This document shows, piece by piece, positions 42,697 to 60,205 of a stretch of 64,000 bases of DNA (positions are counted from its first letter, which is position 1; every line of letters starts with the position of its first letter). The DNA lies in the NCBI GenBank assembly GCA_009914755.4, contig CP068257.2:24096001-24160000 (forward strand). The letters are read 5' to 3'. The position numbers were made by a program, and so were the translations under genes. This stretch comes from the human T2T-CHM13v2.0 reference genome, Homo sapiens. The notes under the pieces were generated by a model that was not told where the DNA came from, did no database searches, and worked only from the letters and a program-made list of their open reading frames with translations.

Positions 42697-43626
42697 GGCC
42701 AACCAGATAATCATATGCCTCCTAATATGACGCATTGGGACAACTCTTGCCAAAACATAAACTGAACCTAAATCTGATAAATTCCTCAGATGTAAGTACC
42801 AGTTCATAGGAAATATAGGACACAGAGAGACTGTCATTTACATGGATAGAATCAACAAAAATATAAAAGAAAATAACGTTAAAAAAAATTACAAGAAAAA
42901 AAGGGAAATGTGTAGATTAAAAGAGACTTAAGAGTGTCACTCAACCAAATGCATTCTGTGGTTTTGTTTGTATCCTGATTACAATAAACTATAAAAGAAA
43001 TTGAGGCAATCAAGGAAATTTGAACGCTGTATTTTTTTAAATATTAAGGAATGGCTGTTCTTTTTTTCGGTGTGATAATAGTGTTGTGGTTATAAGGAGG
43101 AAAGGAAGGAAAGAGAAGAGAGAGAAATGGAGGAAAGGGATTTTAATCTTTCAAAAATGCATACTGAAGTACTTAGAGATGAAATAGTGTGATGTCTAGC
43201 ATTTGCTTCAGAATATTTCAGTGGGTGGACTATAGATTAAAACACACACACACAAAGGCCATGTGCTGAAAGCAGACTGGGTGGTAGCTACATGTAGATA
43301 CATGAGGGTTTATTATACTGTGCTCTCTGTTCAGAGTATGCGTGAAATTTTCCATAAAATAGTGCATTTTTAAAAAACTATTATAAAGAAGCTTACCTAA
43401 AAGAATAGCACAGATGCGGCAATGTCACCTACAAAATCATAGCAGGTTTTTAAAACTGCATCACTAGGTAAAGAATACATATTTGTTTTCATGAAATGGG
43501 CACTTTATGTAACAAATGTGTTTCTGAAAAGTTGTACCTAAATAAAATATTATAAGCATAATTGTTAGCAGTATTATATATACTGTTTGGCCCCCCCCAA
43601 AAAAGATGCATTTATAATTTTTTTTG

Positions 43627-43822
43627 CGATCCTCCCACCTCAGCCTTTCGCTGGGACCACAGGAGTATGCTACAACTCTTGGCTAATTCTTTCTAAATTT
43701 TTGGTAGATGCAGGTTCTCCCTGTGTTGCCCAGCCTGGTCTCACACTCCTGGGCTCAAGGGATCCTCCCACCTTGGCCTCCCAAAGTGCTAGTATTAAGG
43801 CATGAGCCAATGTGCCTAGCCC
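43627..43822 (-). mobile_element. Alu (antisense, truncated).
   Basis: gcgatcctcccacctcagcc...gtgttgcccagcctggtctcacactcctgggctcaagggatcctcccaccttggcctcccaaagtgctagtattaaggcatgagccaatgtgcctagcc. Confidence 0.8.
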
Positions 43823-44323
43823 ATAGTTCTTGAATACCAAGGAAGAAAAGAGGTTTATAATTAAGCTCTAAATTACAGAGGAGTGGTATTCCTGAAAAAC
43901 GTTTAGTAAGTGGAAACTGCAACTGTAATGCATATATGTAGAAACCCAAGACTTGCAATCACTTCACAAGAAACATTAGGCACAAATTACCACAAGGTAA
44001 CACAGCTTACTGACATGGAAATGAGATTCCATCAAACCTATTTCTAAAACTCCTTCATAGTTTCTTATTGCCGTCTGGAAAAAAAGTGCAATTTCCTTAG
44101 CGTGGTGTGAAAGCATGGAGCCAGTTTTTATCTTTACCCAGCTTCCAGTTTCCATGCTCCTTCTTCCTGGAAGCATTATTTATCAACCATAATTAGCCCA
44201 GGTCAGATTTGTGCATTAGAAATACGGTCACTTAGCGCTGTCTCCTCCACTGGATTAGCAGCCATGACGTTCAGGACCTGATATTGTCTTTGTTTATCAC
44301 TGCATCTTCAAACCTTAGTTGTG

Positions 44324-44625
<302 letters not shown>

Positions 44626-46013
44626 AGGTGTTATAATGGATACAGCACTGTAGTTGTGCCATTAGTCCTCAAAATTCATGGTGTTAGCATCTTATATCAC
44701 TTATTTTATAGACAAAGAAAAATTATTATACTAGAGAACTGCATTTTTTTCCTACAGTTTCTTAGATATAATTCCATGGAAACTTGGATCTGCTAAAACA
44801 ATCGGCAGCATCAATACAGCATTGGGAAATGATAAAAGGAAATCTGTTAAAACTATCAGAAATCTTATTAATCACATATGTTTATCCATTTGATAGATAA
44901 ATCATGTCCCTTTGTCGATTTAAAAATAATTTATATTAAGATATCTTTCTGACAATTATTGTGACTTTTTTGAGAAGCATGCTTTGGTACTATAGAGTAT
45001 CTTTAGCACAGTGATTCGTATTTGGATAACAAGAGTCACAAAAGGAAAAATCGCCTTTACTTTAATGCTTAATTATTTGCCATAATATATTTGATTTGTA
45101 TATGACTTTGTAGAAACTACTTTGTGCTCAAGTTTGTTCCTCTAAATAGAACTTTATATTTCTTAATTGGCCAGCTTGTTTCATTGATCTGTCCCAAGTC
45201 TCATTATGAAATCTCAAAATCTCACTTTGATTGATTTGAAAAAGTGGAGGGAATCAGACCATTTGGTTTTTTTTCCTTTGTTTTTGACAAGATTTTTGGT
45301 GCACAGTTTGAGAAATGGCAGAATTACCCCCCAGCTAAAATATTCGGAGGCTCAAAATTCATACTAACCTTTCTTGTTTCCTAAGCTGAAAAAAGCTGCC
45401 ACGCAGGGTTCTTATGGCAGGTTCTTGTCAAATTCTCACACTGAAGAAAATCAATGACATATTTGAGAGCATCAAGCTTCAGAAGAATTTAGCAAACAGG
45501 ATGTCAGAAACCTTTCAGAAATAAAATCATTCACCTGGGTGGATTTAGGGCTGAAATTATTCCATGATATGTTTGATAAACTTTCATGCCACTGAAAACA
45601 TTTCTCCCTCATATTTAGGCTTCTAAAGGTTTTCTCGACTTTCTTATGTTAAAAATTAACCCATCTCATCTCTGTTGAGAAATAAATAATGCCCCATATC
45701 TTTGAAAAGATAAATCAATGTTAAGATTATGTTCTATGTCCTCACTTCATCTGTGAGGATGTCAGAATTTCTTTTGGCTGTTTGTCAAGTCATTGGCAAT
45801 ATCAGAATTATCTCTCAGAAGAGAAATAGTTGAACTTGTGTCACCCTGTGGGATCTATTGGGAGTGAATTAGATTGTGGAAACGGCATATGCTCTATCTG
45901 AAAGTCAATCTCAGTTCACTAACTAGTGTCCTAGAAATCTGAAGGAGGTAAGGATGAGAAACAATGTTTCCTCAAATCTCTCTATATTTTCACTATTTCC
46001 TAAAAGTTGATAA

Positions 46014-46392
<379 letters not shown>

Positions 46393-46771
46393 GTTTTTTC
46401 ATTTCTGTTCCCTCTGATTGAAATGCTTCCTCTTTTTATCCTTCCTTTTCCTTCTTTCTCTCTGTCAAAATTCCCATTATCCTTTATTGTCCAGAATTGA
46501 CCAGACTGTCCTTGAACACACTTCCTTTGAAGCTACACTCACCTGATTTTCCACCTCACTGACCCCTACTTTTGGGTTCCATACTAGACTCCTTTTTCTC
46601 TTCCAACCGCACATTAGGTGACTGTAACGTTACAAATCATCTATGTGAGTCATCAATCTTCATATCCAGCTTTGATCTCTCCCAGAATCCATTAATATCT
46701 CTATCTGCTTACAAGGATGTATAGTAAGACATTTTAATCAAAAAATGGCAAAAAGAAAACTCTTTTATTTT

Positions 46772-47055
46772 TTTTAGACCGAGTCTTCCTCTGTCACCCA
46801 GGCTGGAGTGCAGTGGTGCCATCTCGGCTCATTGCAACCTCCACATCCTAGGTTCAAGCCGTTCTCATGCCTCAACCTCCTGAGTAGCTGGGACTATAGG
46901 CACAGCACCACCACGATCACTAATTTTTGTATTTTTAGTAGAGGGGGTTTCACCATGTTCACCACGCTGATCTCCAACTCTTGATCTCAGGTAATCTACC
47001 ACCTCAGCTTCCCAAAGGGTTGGGATTACAGGCATGAGCCACCGCACCCTGCCCT
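46772..47055 (-). mobile_element. Alu (antisense).
   Basis: tttttagaccgagtcttcctctgtcacccaggctggagtgcagtggtgccatctcggctcattgcaacc...ggattacaggcatgagccaccgcaccctgcc. Confidence 0.9.
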
Positions 47056-47109
47056 ATCAGTAAATATTATATTATAAACACCTATCACAAATGCATAGGT
47101 ACTCAGATG

Positions 47110-48470
47110 GATTTCTGGAGATGATTCTTTAAATGTGTTTAATTATGTTGATTGATTTTTGAATCACAAACTGATTTTGTTTTCCTGTAATGAACCCGGC
47201 TTGGCTCTGATGTATTATTTTGGCATGTTGCTGGATTCGGTGTACAAGTATTTTGTTGAAGGTTGGTTTTTTGTCTGCAAACATAAGAGATACTGGTCTG
47301 TAATTTTCTTTTCTTGTCAGGCTTTCCTGTGGGTTTTTGCTGTCCCCATAACTAAGTTGGAAGTGTTTCTTTTGTCTCTTATTTCTGAACATTTTTGGAT
47401 AATATTGTTATTTTTTCTTTAAATATTGGATAGACTTCACCAGTGAAACCATCTAGCCCTGGAGTTTTCTTTGTGAGGAGACTTTTTTATTAGTGGATTA
47501 CACTTCTTAAGTAGATATAGGAAAATTAAGAGTTTCAATTTCATCTTAAGTCAGCTTGGACAAGTTGACTCTTTTTCCAAGAAATTTGTCCACTTCATCC
47601 AACTTGTCATATTTGTTGGCATAAAATTGCTATTATCCATTGTCTATAGAATCTGTGGTATATCTTGCTTTCATTCTTGACATCGAAATTTGGGTTTGTC
47701 TCTTTTAAAAAAAAAAAAAGGTCTTGCTAGGGATGAATCAATTTCATTGATCTTTTTAAGGAATTAATTTTTGGCTTTGTTAATTTTCTGTTATTTGTTG
47801 TCTTCTCTACAGATTTATGCTTTTATCTTTATTGCTTTCTTTCTTGTTTGGGTTTAATGTAATCATATCTTTCTGGCTTAACGTGAAAACTTATGTCACT
47901 GGTTTAACACATTTACTTATTTTTTGAGAATCCACAGACCATTTATTAAGATAAATCTTATTTGAGTCCATAGACAAGTCTTGATAAATTTAAAAGGATT
48001 AAAACCACACAAAGTATGTTCTCTGACTATAAGGGATTTAATTAGAAATCAATAGCAGAAAGATACGTAGAGAATACCCAATGATTTGGAAATTAAACAA
48101 TACATTAAAAAGAATTTTTTTACTATATACATTTAAAGCTGTGCATTTCTCCTAAACATAGCTTCAGCTCCATCAAATACATTTTAGAATGTCGTACTTT
48201 TATTATAATTCAGTTTAAATATATACTAAGTTCCTTTGTCATTTCCTATTTTGCACACTTGGATTATTTCAAAATATATTATTTAATTTCAATATCTATC
48301 ACAGTGGCTTTTGTCATTGTGAGAAGTTACGAAGATTCCAAATTTCTTATGAGTGGGTATTGTTTGCTCATAAAAGTTTAGCCCATTAAAAATGATGTGG
48401 CATATGAAATAACATAACATTTTATTTCCTTTTTTATTACTTCTTTGTAAAATCCAATTTTAAACATTTT
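47110..48470 (-). mobile_element. Old L1 ORF2 fragment in antisense orientation.
   Basis: Antisense L1 ORF2 motifs: ...gatgtattattttggcatgttgctggattcggtgtacaagtattttgttgaaggttggtttttgtctgcaaacataagagatactggtctgtaattttcttttcttgtcaggctttcc...ttcaccagtgaaaccatctagccctggagttttctttgtgaggagac... Confidence 0.7.
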
Positions 48471-48488
48471 ATTAAAAGCAAAAAGTTA

Positions 48489-48827
<339 letters not shown>

Positions 48828-49194
48828 TCAGTATCTATATATGTAAATCACATGTATTTATGTATATGTGATCTTTACACCACAGGTAACTTAAAAAATG
48901 TGAATGCTGTTCCCTAACAGACCTTTTTACTCTCTTCAGAAACTTCATAACATGGATATTTGAAGGAAATCCTAGAGCTGAATTTAAAGACGGGGTTTGA
49001 GGAGACTTGAGTCATTCTGTATAGTAAAATAAGATTTTGTTGTTTTGTCATTGTTTACCCATAAAATGAGGGAGGAGAGCTAAGCACTATGCCTATGAAG
49101 CCTGCATTGCAGAATCTTTCAGCAAGATTAATGTCAAATGTGGAATTTTAAGATGTTGACATTACTATATGTCAAAGAGTGTTATAACAAAGTA

Positions 49195-49870
<676 letters not shown>

Positions 49871-50223
49871 CCTGCACATGTGCCTCTCATAAAAATGCAT
49901 TGAAAAGGTGAGTTTGGAGGCAATTAACCAAAAATCTACCCAGTTTTAGATTTAGGAAATGTAAATCTTAAGGAATGGAAAGCCTTCCTGCAGACGTCTA
50001 AGTTGTGTTTGGGTGTGTATTTATTTGAGTATATCTGCATATAAGTGTTAAAGAATCGGAGGACAATTCACTAATACACATTCGTTATCTCTAGAAAAAG
50101 GATTTTTAACACATTTGCTTATTCCAATTTCTACTATAAAAATAGATCACTGTAGTCATACTCCCACTTATGGTTAAGATGGTATAACCAGAATGAGGTA
50201 AGTCTCATTTATTTATCAGCTTA

Positions 50224-50899
<676 letters not shown>

Positions 50900-53267
50900 C
50901 AAACCAGCAAAGCCTAGTCCCAGAATAAAATTTAAAATGACTTTTGGGAATAAAAAGTAATAGATTATTGTTAATTTCCATTACTTTAAAATCTGATCCA
51001 TTACATATTATATGCGTGTATCAAAATATCACATATACCCCCAAAATATATACAACTATTATATGTCAATTTTTTAAAAGTTGTACCCAGTCTTCAAATT
51101 CCAACTAAAATGCTAACTGATTCCTTCATCTGAATTTTTGTAGCATTCTTTTATGGCAATTAACACAGTCTATATTTTAGAGATTTTATCCAATTGTATT
51201 GTAAATGGGTTTTATCTATTAGGTTGGTGCAAAAATAATAGCGATTTTTGCAATTACTTTTAATGGCAAAAACCACAATTACTTTCGCACTAACCTAATG
51301 GTTGTGCTGTAAATTCCCAGGGGATAGGGAACACCCAAGATTCATACAACTTTGTGTAAATATGTTAACCATCTTGCATTATTAGTGCCTTACATAAATC
51401 TGATTTTAAAATATATATTTGCCCAGTAAATGAATATTTCAGTAAAGTTTAATAAAAAAATATAAGTATTAACTGGCTATTAATTCATATGAATTTATGT
51501 AGAAGTCTTCTTAAAAATTTGAGAGTTAACTTAAGAATCATTCTCATATCATTATTGCCAGCATGTTTTCCAAAGTATGAGCCTAAATATATGGACTAGC
51601 CAGTTCTCATGGCCATTAGTGTACACTTGTAAAATTATTTTTATTTATGTTGGAATTTGCAAAGTCTATTTTCAAATCCAACTGGGATTATTTTTATGGC
51701 AGAGATTATTACAGCGGTATTTCTAAGTCATGTAGAAAAAAATGTGAATCTGGGAGGTTCTGTGATGCTTAGAGATTTCAGTTCCAACTTGTTCCAGTTG
51801 ATGTCACTATGGCAAAGGTATCCCACACATGTGGCATACAGCAGCGGGGGAAGGAGGATACAAATCTAATAATGTGGCCAAATCAAGAGGAAACGTATTT
51901 GGGGGCAAGGCTAAAATGGGAATGGGAGCATGGCAGAACATCAGGATTCCACATCTGGAATCAGAGGGGCTGAGTGAATGCATTTACCTGATCTTCTATG
52001 AGTCAGCAAAACAAACACACAAAGCCATCGTGAGTTTGGAAGCTGTGAAACTGCTGCTCTTTGCAATGACAGATCTTCCTATGCTCTGAACTGCAGCAAT
52101 ACATTGAGGTAGCAGTAATTACAGACTTTCATATGGCTTCTCTGCTCTGTAGAAGTAGTAAATGAACCTCTTGGGGCTAAATTTCTAGCTTTGGGCTCCT
52201 GCACCATCTTTCTCCCTACAGGAAGTCACGACAGACAACAGAGGAAGTCCAAAGCAAGGACAACGCTGTTTATGAAAAGGAGTGGTAATGGTTCAGAGTG
52301 AAAATTAACAGATGTTGGGATAAAAATGTCTGCCTGGGTACTTTATGGCTCCAAAGTAAATAATATGTCCCTGAGTTTTAGCAGCTGTTTAGGGACTCCT
52401 GTATCTTAGTGTTAGTTTAAACGGCAAGGTAAAGGAACTCATGTAACTTAACACTGTTCATCAACACAAACTTACTGGATATCTTTCTGAAATGTGAAAA
52501 CAGATCTGTTTTCAGATACTATTCAACTGTGCAAGGAGGCAAACAGATGTATTCATTAACACTCCCCACAGAGCATATTGTGATATTTGCAAATGGAAAA
52601 TGCTGGAGCTGAGGTTACACAAATGTTTTCTGTTATGAAACTTCCTTCCATAAGACCATGATTTTCAAGGAGGATCTCATTTAGGACTGTTTTTTGTTGT
52701 TATACTTTCTGTAATGGGTGATTTTTCTAATTAAGATAATTTGCATTTTAACCTTGTTTTAGAAAGTGATTATTCTTTTTTTTTCTGTCTAAAGGTAGAT
52801 AATGTTACCTGTTTAAATTCATTTTTTTAACCCAAGTTTTGCCTCAGGATCTATAAGTCAATTTTTTATAGTAAGATATTGGATGCCCAGTGAAGAAAAG
52901 GTTTTTGCCAAGCTGAAAGAAATTCAAGGCAAGATTGTGAGATGTCATTGGTACAATACACACCAACTAAGAATCCTTGTTTCTGTTTTATGCCTATGAA
53001 CCAATAACAGTGATCAGTGTGGGGACATTTCATTGGAATTCTGCCTGAGAAAAAGCAGGAGTGTTCAGTCCTTCAGCGCCACCAACAGCTCTGGATGCCA
53101 AAGGACCATGCTGGTAGGGCTCAGAGTGCTCAGACAGAAGTATGAGGCAGAGTTTCATGGGGAAATGAGATGGGTCTGAGATGGGTAGGAAGAGGGGGAA
53201 AATGGGCCTCTCAATGCTCTCATAGCCTCTTAATGCTCTCAAAACAGCCACTGAGGCAATGAAATTT

Positions 53268-54024
53268 TTTTTTAACTTTTAGGTTCAGAGATACATGTGC
53301 AAGCTTGTTATACAGGTAAATTATGTTTCAAGGGGGTTTGATGTACAGATTATTTTGTCACCTAGGTAATAAGCATAGTATCTGATAGGTCGTTTTTTGA
53401 TCCTCACCCTCCACCCACCCTCCACCCTCAACTAAGCCCTGGTGTATGTGGTTCCCTTCTTTGTGTCCATGTGTTCTCAATGCTTAGCTTCCACTTATAA
53501 GTGAGAACATGCAGTATTTGGTTTTCTGTTCCTGCCTTTGTTCACTTAGGATAATGGTCTCCAGCTCTGTCCATGTTTCTGCAAAGAACATGATCTCATT
53601 CTTCTTTTATGGCTGCATAGTATTCCATGCTATATTGTACCACATTTTCTTTATCCAGTCTACCATTGATGAGCATTCAGATTGATTCCTCATCTTTGGT
53701 ACTGTGAATAGTGCTGCAATGAACATGCACATGCATGTCGTCTTTCTGGTGGAATAATTTGTATTCCTTTAATTATATACCCAATAATGGGATTGCTAAG
53801 GTCGAATGGTAATTCTAAGTTCTCTAAGAAATCACCAAACTGCTTTCTGCAGTGGCTGAACTAATTTACATGAGCACCAGCAATGTATGTATATGAGCAT
53901 TCCCTTATCTTTGCAACCTCACCAGCATCTGTTATTTTTTTACTTTTTTATAATAGCCATTCTGACTGGTGAGAGATGGTATCCCACTGTGGTTTTGATT
54001 TGCATTAATTAAAAGAGATTTATT

Positions 54025-54025
<1 letters not shown>
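53268..54025 (-). mobile_element. L1 (L1P-type) 3' terminal fragment, antisense. The poly-T head at 53268 is the poly-A tail.
   Basis: Strong antisense L1 3'-end match: tttttttaacttttaggttcagagatacatgtgcaagcttgttatacaggtaaattatgtttcaagggggtttg...cttataagtgagaacatgcagtatttggttttctgttcctgcctttgttcacttaggataatggtctccagctc...catgatctcattcttcttttatggctgcatagtattccatg... Confidence 0.85.
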
Positions 54026-54328
<303 letters not shown>

Positions 54329-54934
54329 TGAAAGGCACAGGGAGAACCCAGGTTTCTGTGGACTCCACCAGGACATGATGGAAAATGGACCTTGAATGAA
54401 ATTCCTTGATTACGTGGCTAGGAAGACTCCTGGTATCTGCTGTGGTAACTTCAAGCCACAGAGGAGAGACAGAAAATTCCCTGAGTCCGGGGGATAATAG
54501 TCATGACAAGGGTGAAACAGAAAACGAAAAAAAAAGAGAGGAAGGGTTGATACCTGTTGACAGAATAAACACTACAAAGGAAAATCATCCTTGTAAAGTA
54601 AATTCTGTCAACATGAATCTTGTTCGTCAAATTTGATTTTAATATTGAGAGTAAGATAGTTTTCAGTTTGTCTGCTGGGACCATGATGAAGCACTTTCTT
54701 CATCTAGAATTTCCCTGGTGATCTTTCTGGGGATATTTTTCTGTATCCCAAGCTTTCAGCAAATTTTGATGTGTTGCCCACTTTGTGTGAAGAGAGATAC
54801 AAAAGAAGCTTATGTGACCCCTGCTTCCCCATGTGCAAGACAAAACTGGCCCCTAATGAATTGAGATGAGATTCCCAAGATTTGGGGACTTCATGGAAGG
54901 GTAAAATTACAAAACAATAACAATGTTCTAGTTT

Positions 54935-55715
<781 letters not shown>

Positions 55716-55798
55716 CAACAAACCCACAAGCCAACAACCTGAGGTGGATGACACATGCTTTCAAAATTTGTATTTTGTAAAATCAGAATTAAAAAACA

Positions 55799-56120
55799 TG
55801 GCTGGGTGCAGTGGCTCATGCCTGTAATCCCGACACTGTGGAAGGCTAAGGCAGGAAAACTGCTTGAGATTAGGAGTTCAAGACCAGCCTGGGCAACACA
55901 GTGAGACACCCCATCTCTACAAAAAATTTAAAAATTACCCAGGCATGGTCATGTATGCCTTGTAGTCCCAGCCATTCAGGAGGCTGAGGTGGGAGGACCA
56001 TTTGAGCCCAGGAGGTAGAGGCTGCAGTGAGCCATGATGGTCACTGCACTCCAGGCTGGGTGACACAGCAAGACCCTTTCTCAAAACCAAACAAGCAACA
56101 AACAACAAAACAAAACCTAT
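55799..56120 (+). mobile_element. Alu (sense) with a (CAA/A)n-type tail.
   Basis: ggctgggtgcagtggctcatgcctgtaatcccgacactgtggaaggctaaggcaggaaaactgcttgagattaggagttcaagaccagcctgggc. Confidence 0.9.
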
Positions 56121-56573
56121 GACATTATAATTTAATAAATTAACAGAAAAAGGATGTACTAGTGATGTAATCAAAGAATAAAGGAGTATTCTTTAAATAC
56201 ATTTAACTTTTTAAGCATCTCATATATTTATCCTTATTTTTTAGGACCAGTGAAATTTTGAAATTTTCATTAGTAACTGGTGAGGATGTGCTGAAATACA
56301 TTACGGTAATTGTAACATGGCGCCCTAGGTAAAATTTGGTTCTAATATTTTCAAAACCTTAAATATGCTGGTAGAAACCTCGCAGGAGGTGAGGCCTAAA
56401 TATATCCTGAGACCTTGCTTCTGGGAAAACCACCAGAAGGGATTATTTGATTATATCCATATTAAGCTGATAGTTTAACCAAAAGAGTAATTTCTAAGGA
56501 GGTAGAATGTTCTGTGACATCATGAGAGAATGAGAGAGCAAGAGTGACATAGAGGAGTTGAGGAGGTAGAGCA

Positions 56574-56577
<4 letters not shown>

Positions 56578-56611
<34 letters not shown>

Positions 56612-56880
56612 AGATGGAGTCTTGCTCTGTCGCCAAGCTGGTGCAATCTCGGCTCACTGCAACCTCCAACTCCCTTGTTCAGGCGATTCTCCTGCCTCAG
56701 CCTCCCGAGTAGCTGGGATTACAGGCACGCACCACCAAGCCCAGCTAATTTTTGTATTTTTAGTAGAGACGGGGTTTCACCATGTTGGCCAGGATGATCT
56801 CAGTCTCCTGACCTTGTGATCCGCCTGCCTCTGCCTCCCAAAGTGCTGGGATAACAGGCGTAAGCATCGCGCGGGGCCGG
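56578..56880 (-). mobile_element. Alu (AluY-like, antisense) with a 33-nt poly-T head.
   Basis: (t)33 gagatggagtcttgctctgtcgcc...ctcagtctcctgaccttgtgatccgcctgcctctgcctcccaaagtgctgggataacaggcgtaagcatcgcgcggggccggg. Confidence 0.9.
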
Positions 56881-58023
56881 GTGGCATTTTTATAAAGAGT
56901 TTATTTCCCTTTTTAAATTTAAGCTACACTATGCCTATGATCTGCTACTCTTTCTTATGGAGGTAGGGGTGTGTGCGTGTGGGTGTGAGAGAGTGTGTCT
57001 TGTTCTTGTTGTTGCTTCTGTTGTTGTTAAAGAAATTATTCATGAGTGATGCAGGGTTGAGACTTAGCCATTGATAGAAAATACGTGAGGGCAGATCTTC
57101 ATCTCACACAAAGAGGGAACTCAAGTGATAAAGTAGAATTGAGCCTGGACTATAATTTTGATCTCTTGCATGTGAAGCTATTAAAACAGAATCATACATA
57201 TTTGGAGAAAGGTTCTGATATTATACTAATGTATTCTGGTGTGATTTCTTACCGATGCCCTATGACAAATTCCAAGCCCTATAGGCAAAGTTTTTGTTGA
57301 TGCAAAAGGATATTCTCATCAGTTATTTCAGAAAGAGGTGCATTCTAAATGAGGAAATTAGGACTGACAACTCAGTCCTTAGATTGGCTTGGCAAGGAGA
57401 AACTGTATGGCACCTGTTTCTGTTGTATAGATCTTTGCTGGTAGCACGGGATACCAGTGTCAGGAGACTAGCTCAAAGGTACTCTGTCTGGGTAGAGGAT
57501 TACATACTTTCTATCCTCATGCACACTGGGCCAAGGCATCCGGTAAAGATGGCTCCTGGACGAAGAGCTCTGAAAGCTGCAGTATCCATTGGCAGCTGAA
57601 ATAAAACTGTGTATTGCATTGAAATGACTTTCTGTCATTCGAGTTAAGTCCTGAACGTTGAGTTAAGTCTTACTAAAGGCTGCAACCTGTCTCAGTTGTG
57701 CTGAGCAATAAAAGAGTAGGTTCCATGTTTGGTCCATGTGGGAGGGACTTCCGCTCTTTAGATAATATATTGGTCCTGATGTTATTAAATTCTTATTTTA
57801 TTCATTATAAATGTTTTACATGAACTAAAAGTATTGCATTAAAATATTTATTGCAATCACTGAGTTTTTCTGTGCCTCTGCAAATTTTACACCCCATTAT
57901 CAGCACTGATTATTTCAACTATAAAACGTCATGATCTGTTTTACAGTGAGACAAGGAGTTTTAAGTTTCCAAGTTCACAGGAAATGAAACAAGAAATGTA
58001 ACAATATGGTTTTATATCACATT

Positions 58024-58115
58024 TTGGGAGGCTGAGGCGGGAGGATCACTTGAGGCCAGGAGTTTGAGAGTAGCCTGGGCAACATAGTGAGTCTCCTGTC
58101 TCTTTAAAAAAATAA
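58024..58115 (+). mobile_element. Partial Alu (left-arm fragment).
   Basis: ttttgggaggctgaggcgggaggatcacttgaggccaggagtttgagagtagcctgggcaacatagtgagtctcctgtctc. Confidence 0.75.
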
Positions 58116-58139
58116 TAAAACAGTAAAAATTTTTAAAAA

Positions 58140-58450
58140 TACAACTTATCAAAATTTGTGGGATGCAGTGAAAGCAGTGCTTAGAAGGAAATTTATAGCA
58201 TTAAATATATATATTAGATGAAAAGAAATATCTAAAATCAATAAGCTATAGGAAAGGAAACTATAGAAAAGAATAAGAGTGATGCAAACAGAGAAAAAAA
58301 TAAAAATTAGAGCAGAAATCACTGAAATTGAAAATAAACCAAAGAAAATGAACGAAATCAAAGCTGGACTTCAGTTAATAACATTGTCACTACTGGTTCA
58401 ATAATTGTGACAAATGTACCATACTAATGGAAGATGTTAATAATTGAAGA
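58140..58450 (+). mobile_element. Old L1 ORF2 5' region fragment (sense).
   Basis: caacttatcaaaatttgtgggatgcagtgaaagcagtgcttagaaggaaatttatagcattaaatatatatattagatgaaaagaaatatctaaaatcaataagctataggaaaggaaactatagaaaagaataagagtgatgcaaacagag...agagcagaaatcactgaaattgaaaataaa matches L1 ORF2. Confidence 0.75.
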
Positions 58451-59124
58451 AGCTGGCTGTGAGACATGTCTCTGAACTGTTTGTATTATCTCTGCAAATC
58501 TTTAAATACATAGCTGTTACAAAAACAATGTTTTTTAAAAAATATTAAATATCTGGTTTGAGAGGGTGAATTCATTACTAAGCAAGTTGGCAGTATCTGC
58601 TTTTAAAAAAGCTTTGAGAATGACACTAAGGACCCATATTTTAGAGATGGCTCAGATCCGACATGGCCAAGACTCAGGAAAGGCATATTTTGGGTTCCTT
58701 TTGAAGTGTGAAATTTGAGTATGAAATTGTCTGAGATCTTCAAGCAGTCACCTTCCATCCATTTCCAAATGGGACAGGATATAAATAAGTTTATTGCTTT
58801 TGAAAGATCATGTGTAAAAGGGCTACAAAAACAAGGACATGGAGAAAAGGCAGAAGGTGCTTCTAGAAATAGGATTTTAAAAAGTGAAAGTTCTGCGTTA
58901 ACAAGACTTGCAAAAAAACTGCTTAGGTTGGCAAGAGCTATTTTTTGAAAAAGGAATTTTGAAGGAAAGATCAGAGGTACTTGTCCCACATAAGGTCTGC
59001 TTTAGAAAAGATGGGATATTAATATTGCTATGTCACCTAATTTTGACTTTTAGAACAGGAACACCCCAAATAACAAGGGTGGTGTAACAAAATAGAAAGC
59101 TTGTCTCATTCTCATATTGAATTT

Positions 59125-59220
59125 GGAGCCAACTGACCAGGGCTTGGTTTCCTCATCTGTAAGATGGATGACAACAGCACATCATGGTGATGGTCATCAT
59201 CATCATAACTATTAGACTGT
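59125..59220 (+). mobile_element. MIR/MLT1-type fragment (ggtttcctcatctgtaagatgg... core), truncated by the downstream Alu.
   Basis: ggcttggtttcctcatctgtaagatggatgacaacagcacatcatggtgatgg. Confidence 0.5.
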
Positions 59221-59530
59221 GGCCGGGCGCAGTGGCTTACGCCTGTGATCCCATCACTTTGGGAGGCCGAGGAGGGCGGATCACCTGAGTAGGAGTTTGA
59301 GACCAGTCTGGCTAACATGGTGAAACCCCGTCTCTACTAAAGATACAAAAGTTAGCCGGGCATGGTGGCAGGCGCCTGTAATCCCAGCTACTCAGGAGGC
59401 TGAGGCAGGGGAATCGCTTGAACTTAGGAGGCAGAGTTTGCGGTGAGCCAAGATAGCAGCACTTCCCAGGCTGGGTGACAGAGCAAGACTCTGTCTCAAA
59501 AAAAAAAAAATAAATAAATAAATAAAAAAT
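59221..59530 (+). mobile_element. Alu (AluY-like) with an A/(AAAT)n tail.
   Basis: ggccgggcgcagtggcttacgcctgtgatcccatcactttgggaggccgaggagggcggatcacctgagtaggagtttgagaccag. Confidence 0.9.
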
Positions 59531-59904
59531 AAGAATCACAAACACATGTATGCACAACCCAAACACTGACAGAGAAAGCTCTGTAAATGAACATCCTAAG
59601 CCTCATTCACACAGGACAGCTTTATAGATTTCTTAACATCCCTGTTTTTAGCTATAGAATTGCTAATTGTGCAACAAATGCTATAGAGGTGCTCGCTTGG
59701 CATAAAAAGGAACAGTGAAATCCATAAGCCTGAAATCCATCAGCATACTGAAAACCAAAATGTGGGAATACTTTGGGAAGGAAGTATGTGTGTGGTATGG
59801 GAGAGAGCACTGGCTTTGCAGCCAGGTAGATTTAGATTGGACCCTGTCAGAGCCACTCACTCATAGCTTAAACTTGGAGACTTTGCAAACTTCGTTTTCT
59901 TTTT

Positions 59905-60205
59905 AGTTTTTTTTGGAGACAGGGTCTCACTCTGTCACCCCAGGCTGAAATGCAGTGACATGATCATGGGTTGCTGCAGACTCAACCTCCCGGGCTAACA
60001 TGATCCTCCCACCTTAGACTCCTGGGTAGCGGGGACTATAGTTGGGTGCCACCACGCTCCGCTAAGTTTTGTATTTTTTGTGTGGAGACAGGGTTTCACC
60101 ATGTTTGCCAGGCTGGTCTTAAACTCCACTCCTGGGCTCAAGTGATCCACCTGCCTTGATCTCCCAAAGTGCTAGGATTACGGGCACGGGCCACGGCACC
60201 TGGCC
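59905..60205 (-). mobile_element. Alu (antisense).
   Basis: ttttttttggagacagggtctcactctgtcaccccaggctgaaatgcagtgacatgatcatggg...gctaggattacgggcacgggccacggcacctggcc. Confidence 0.9.
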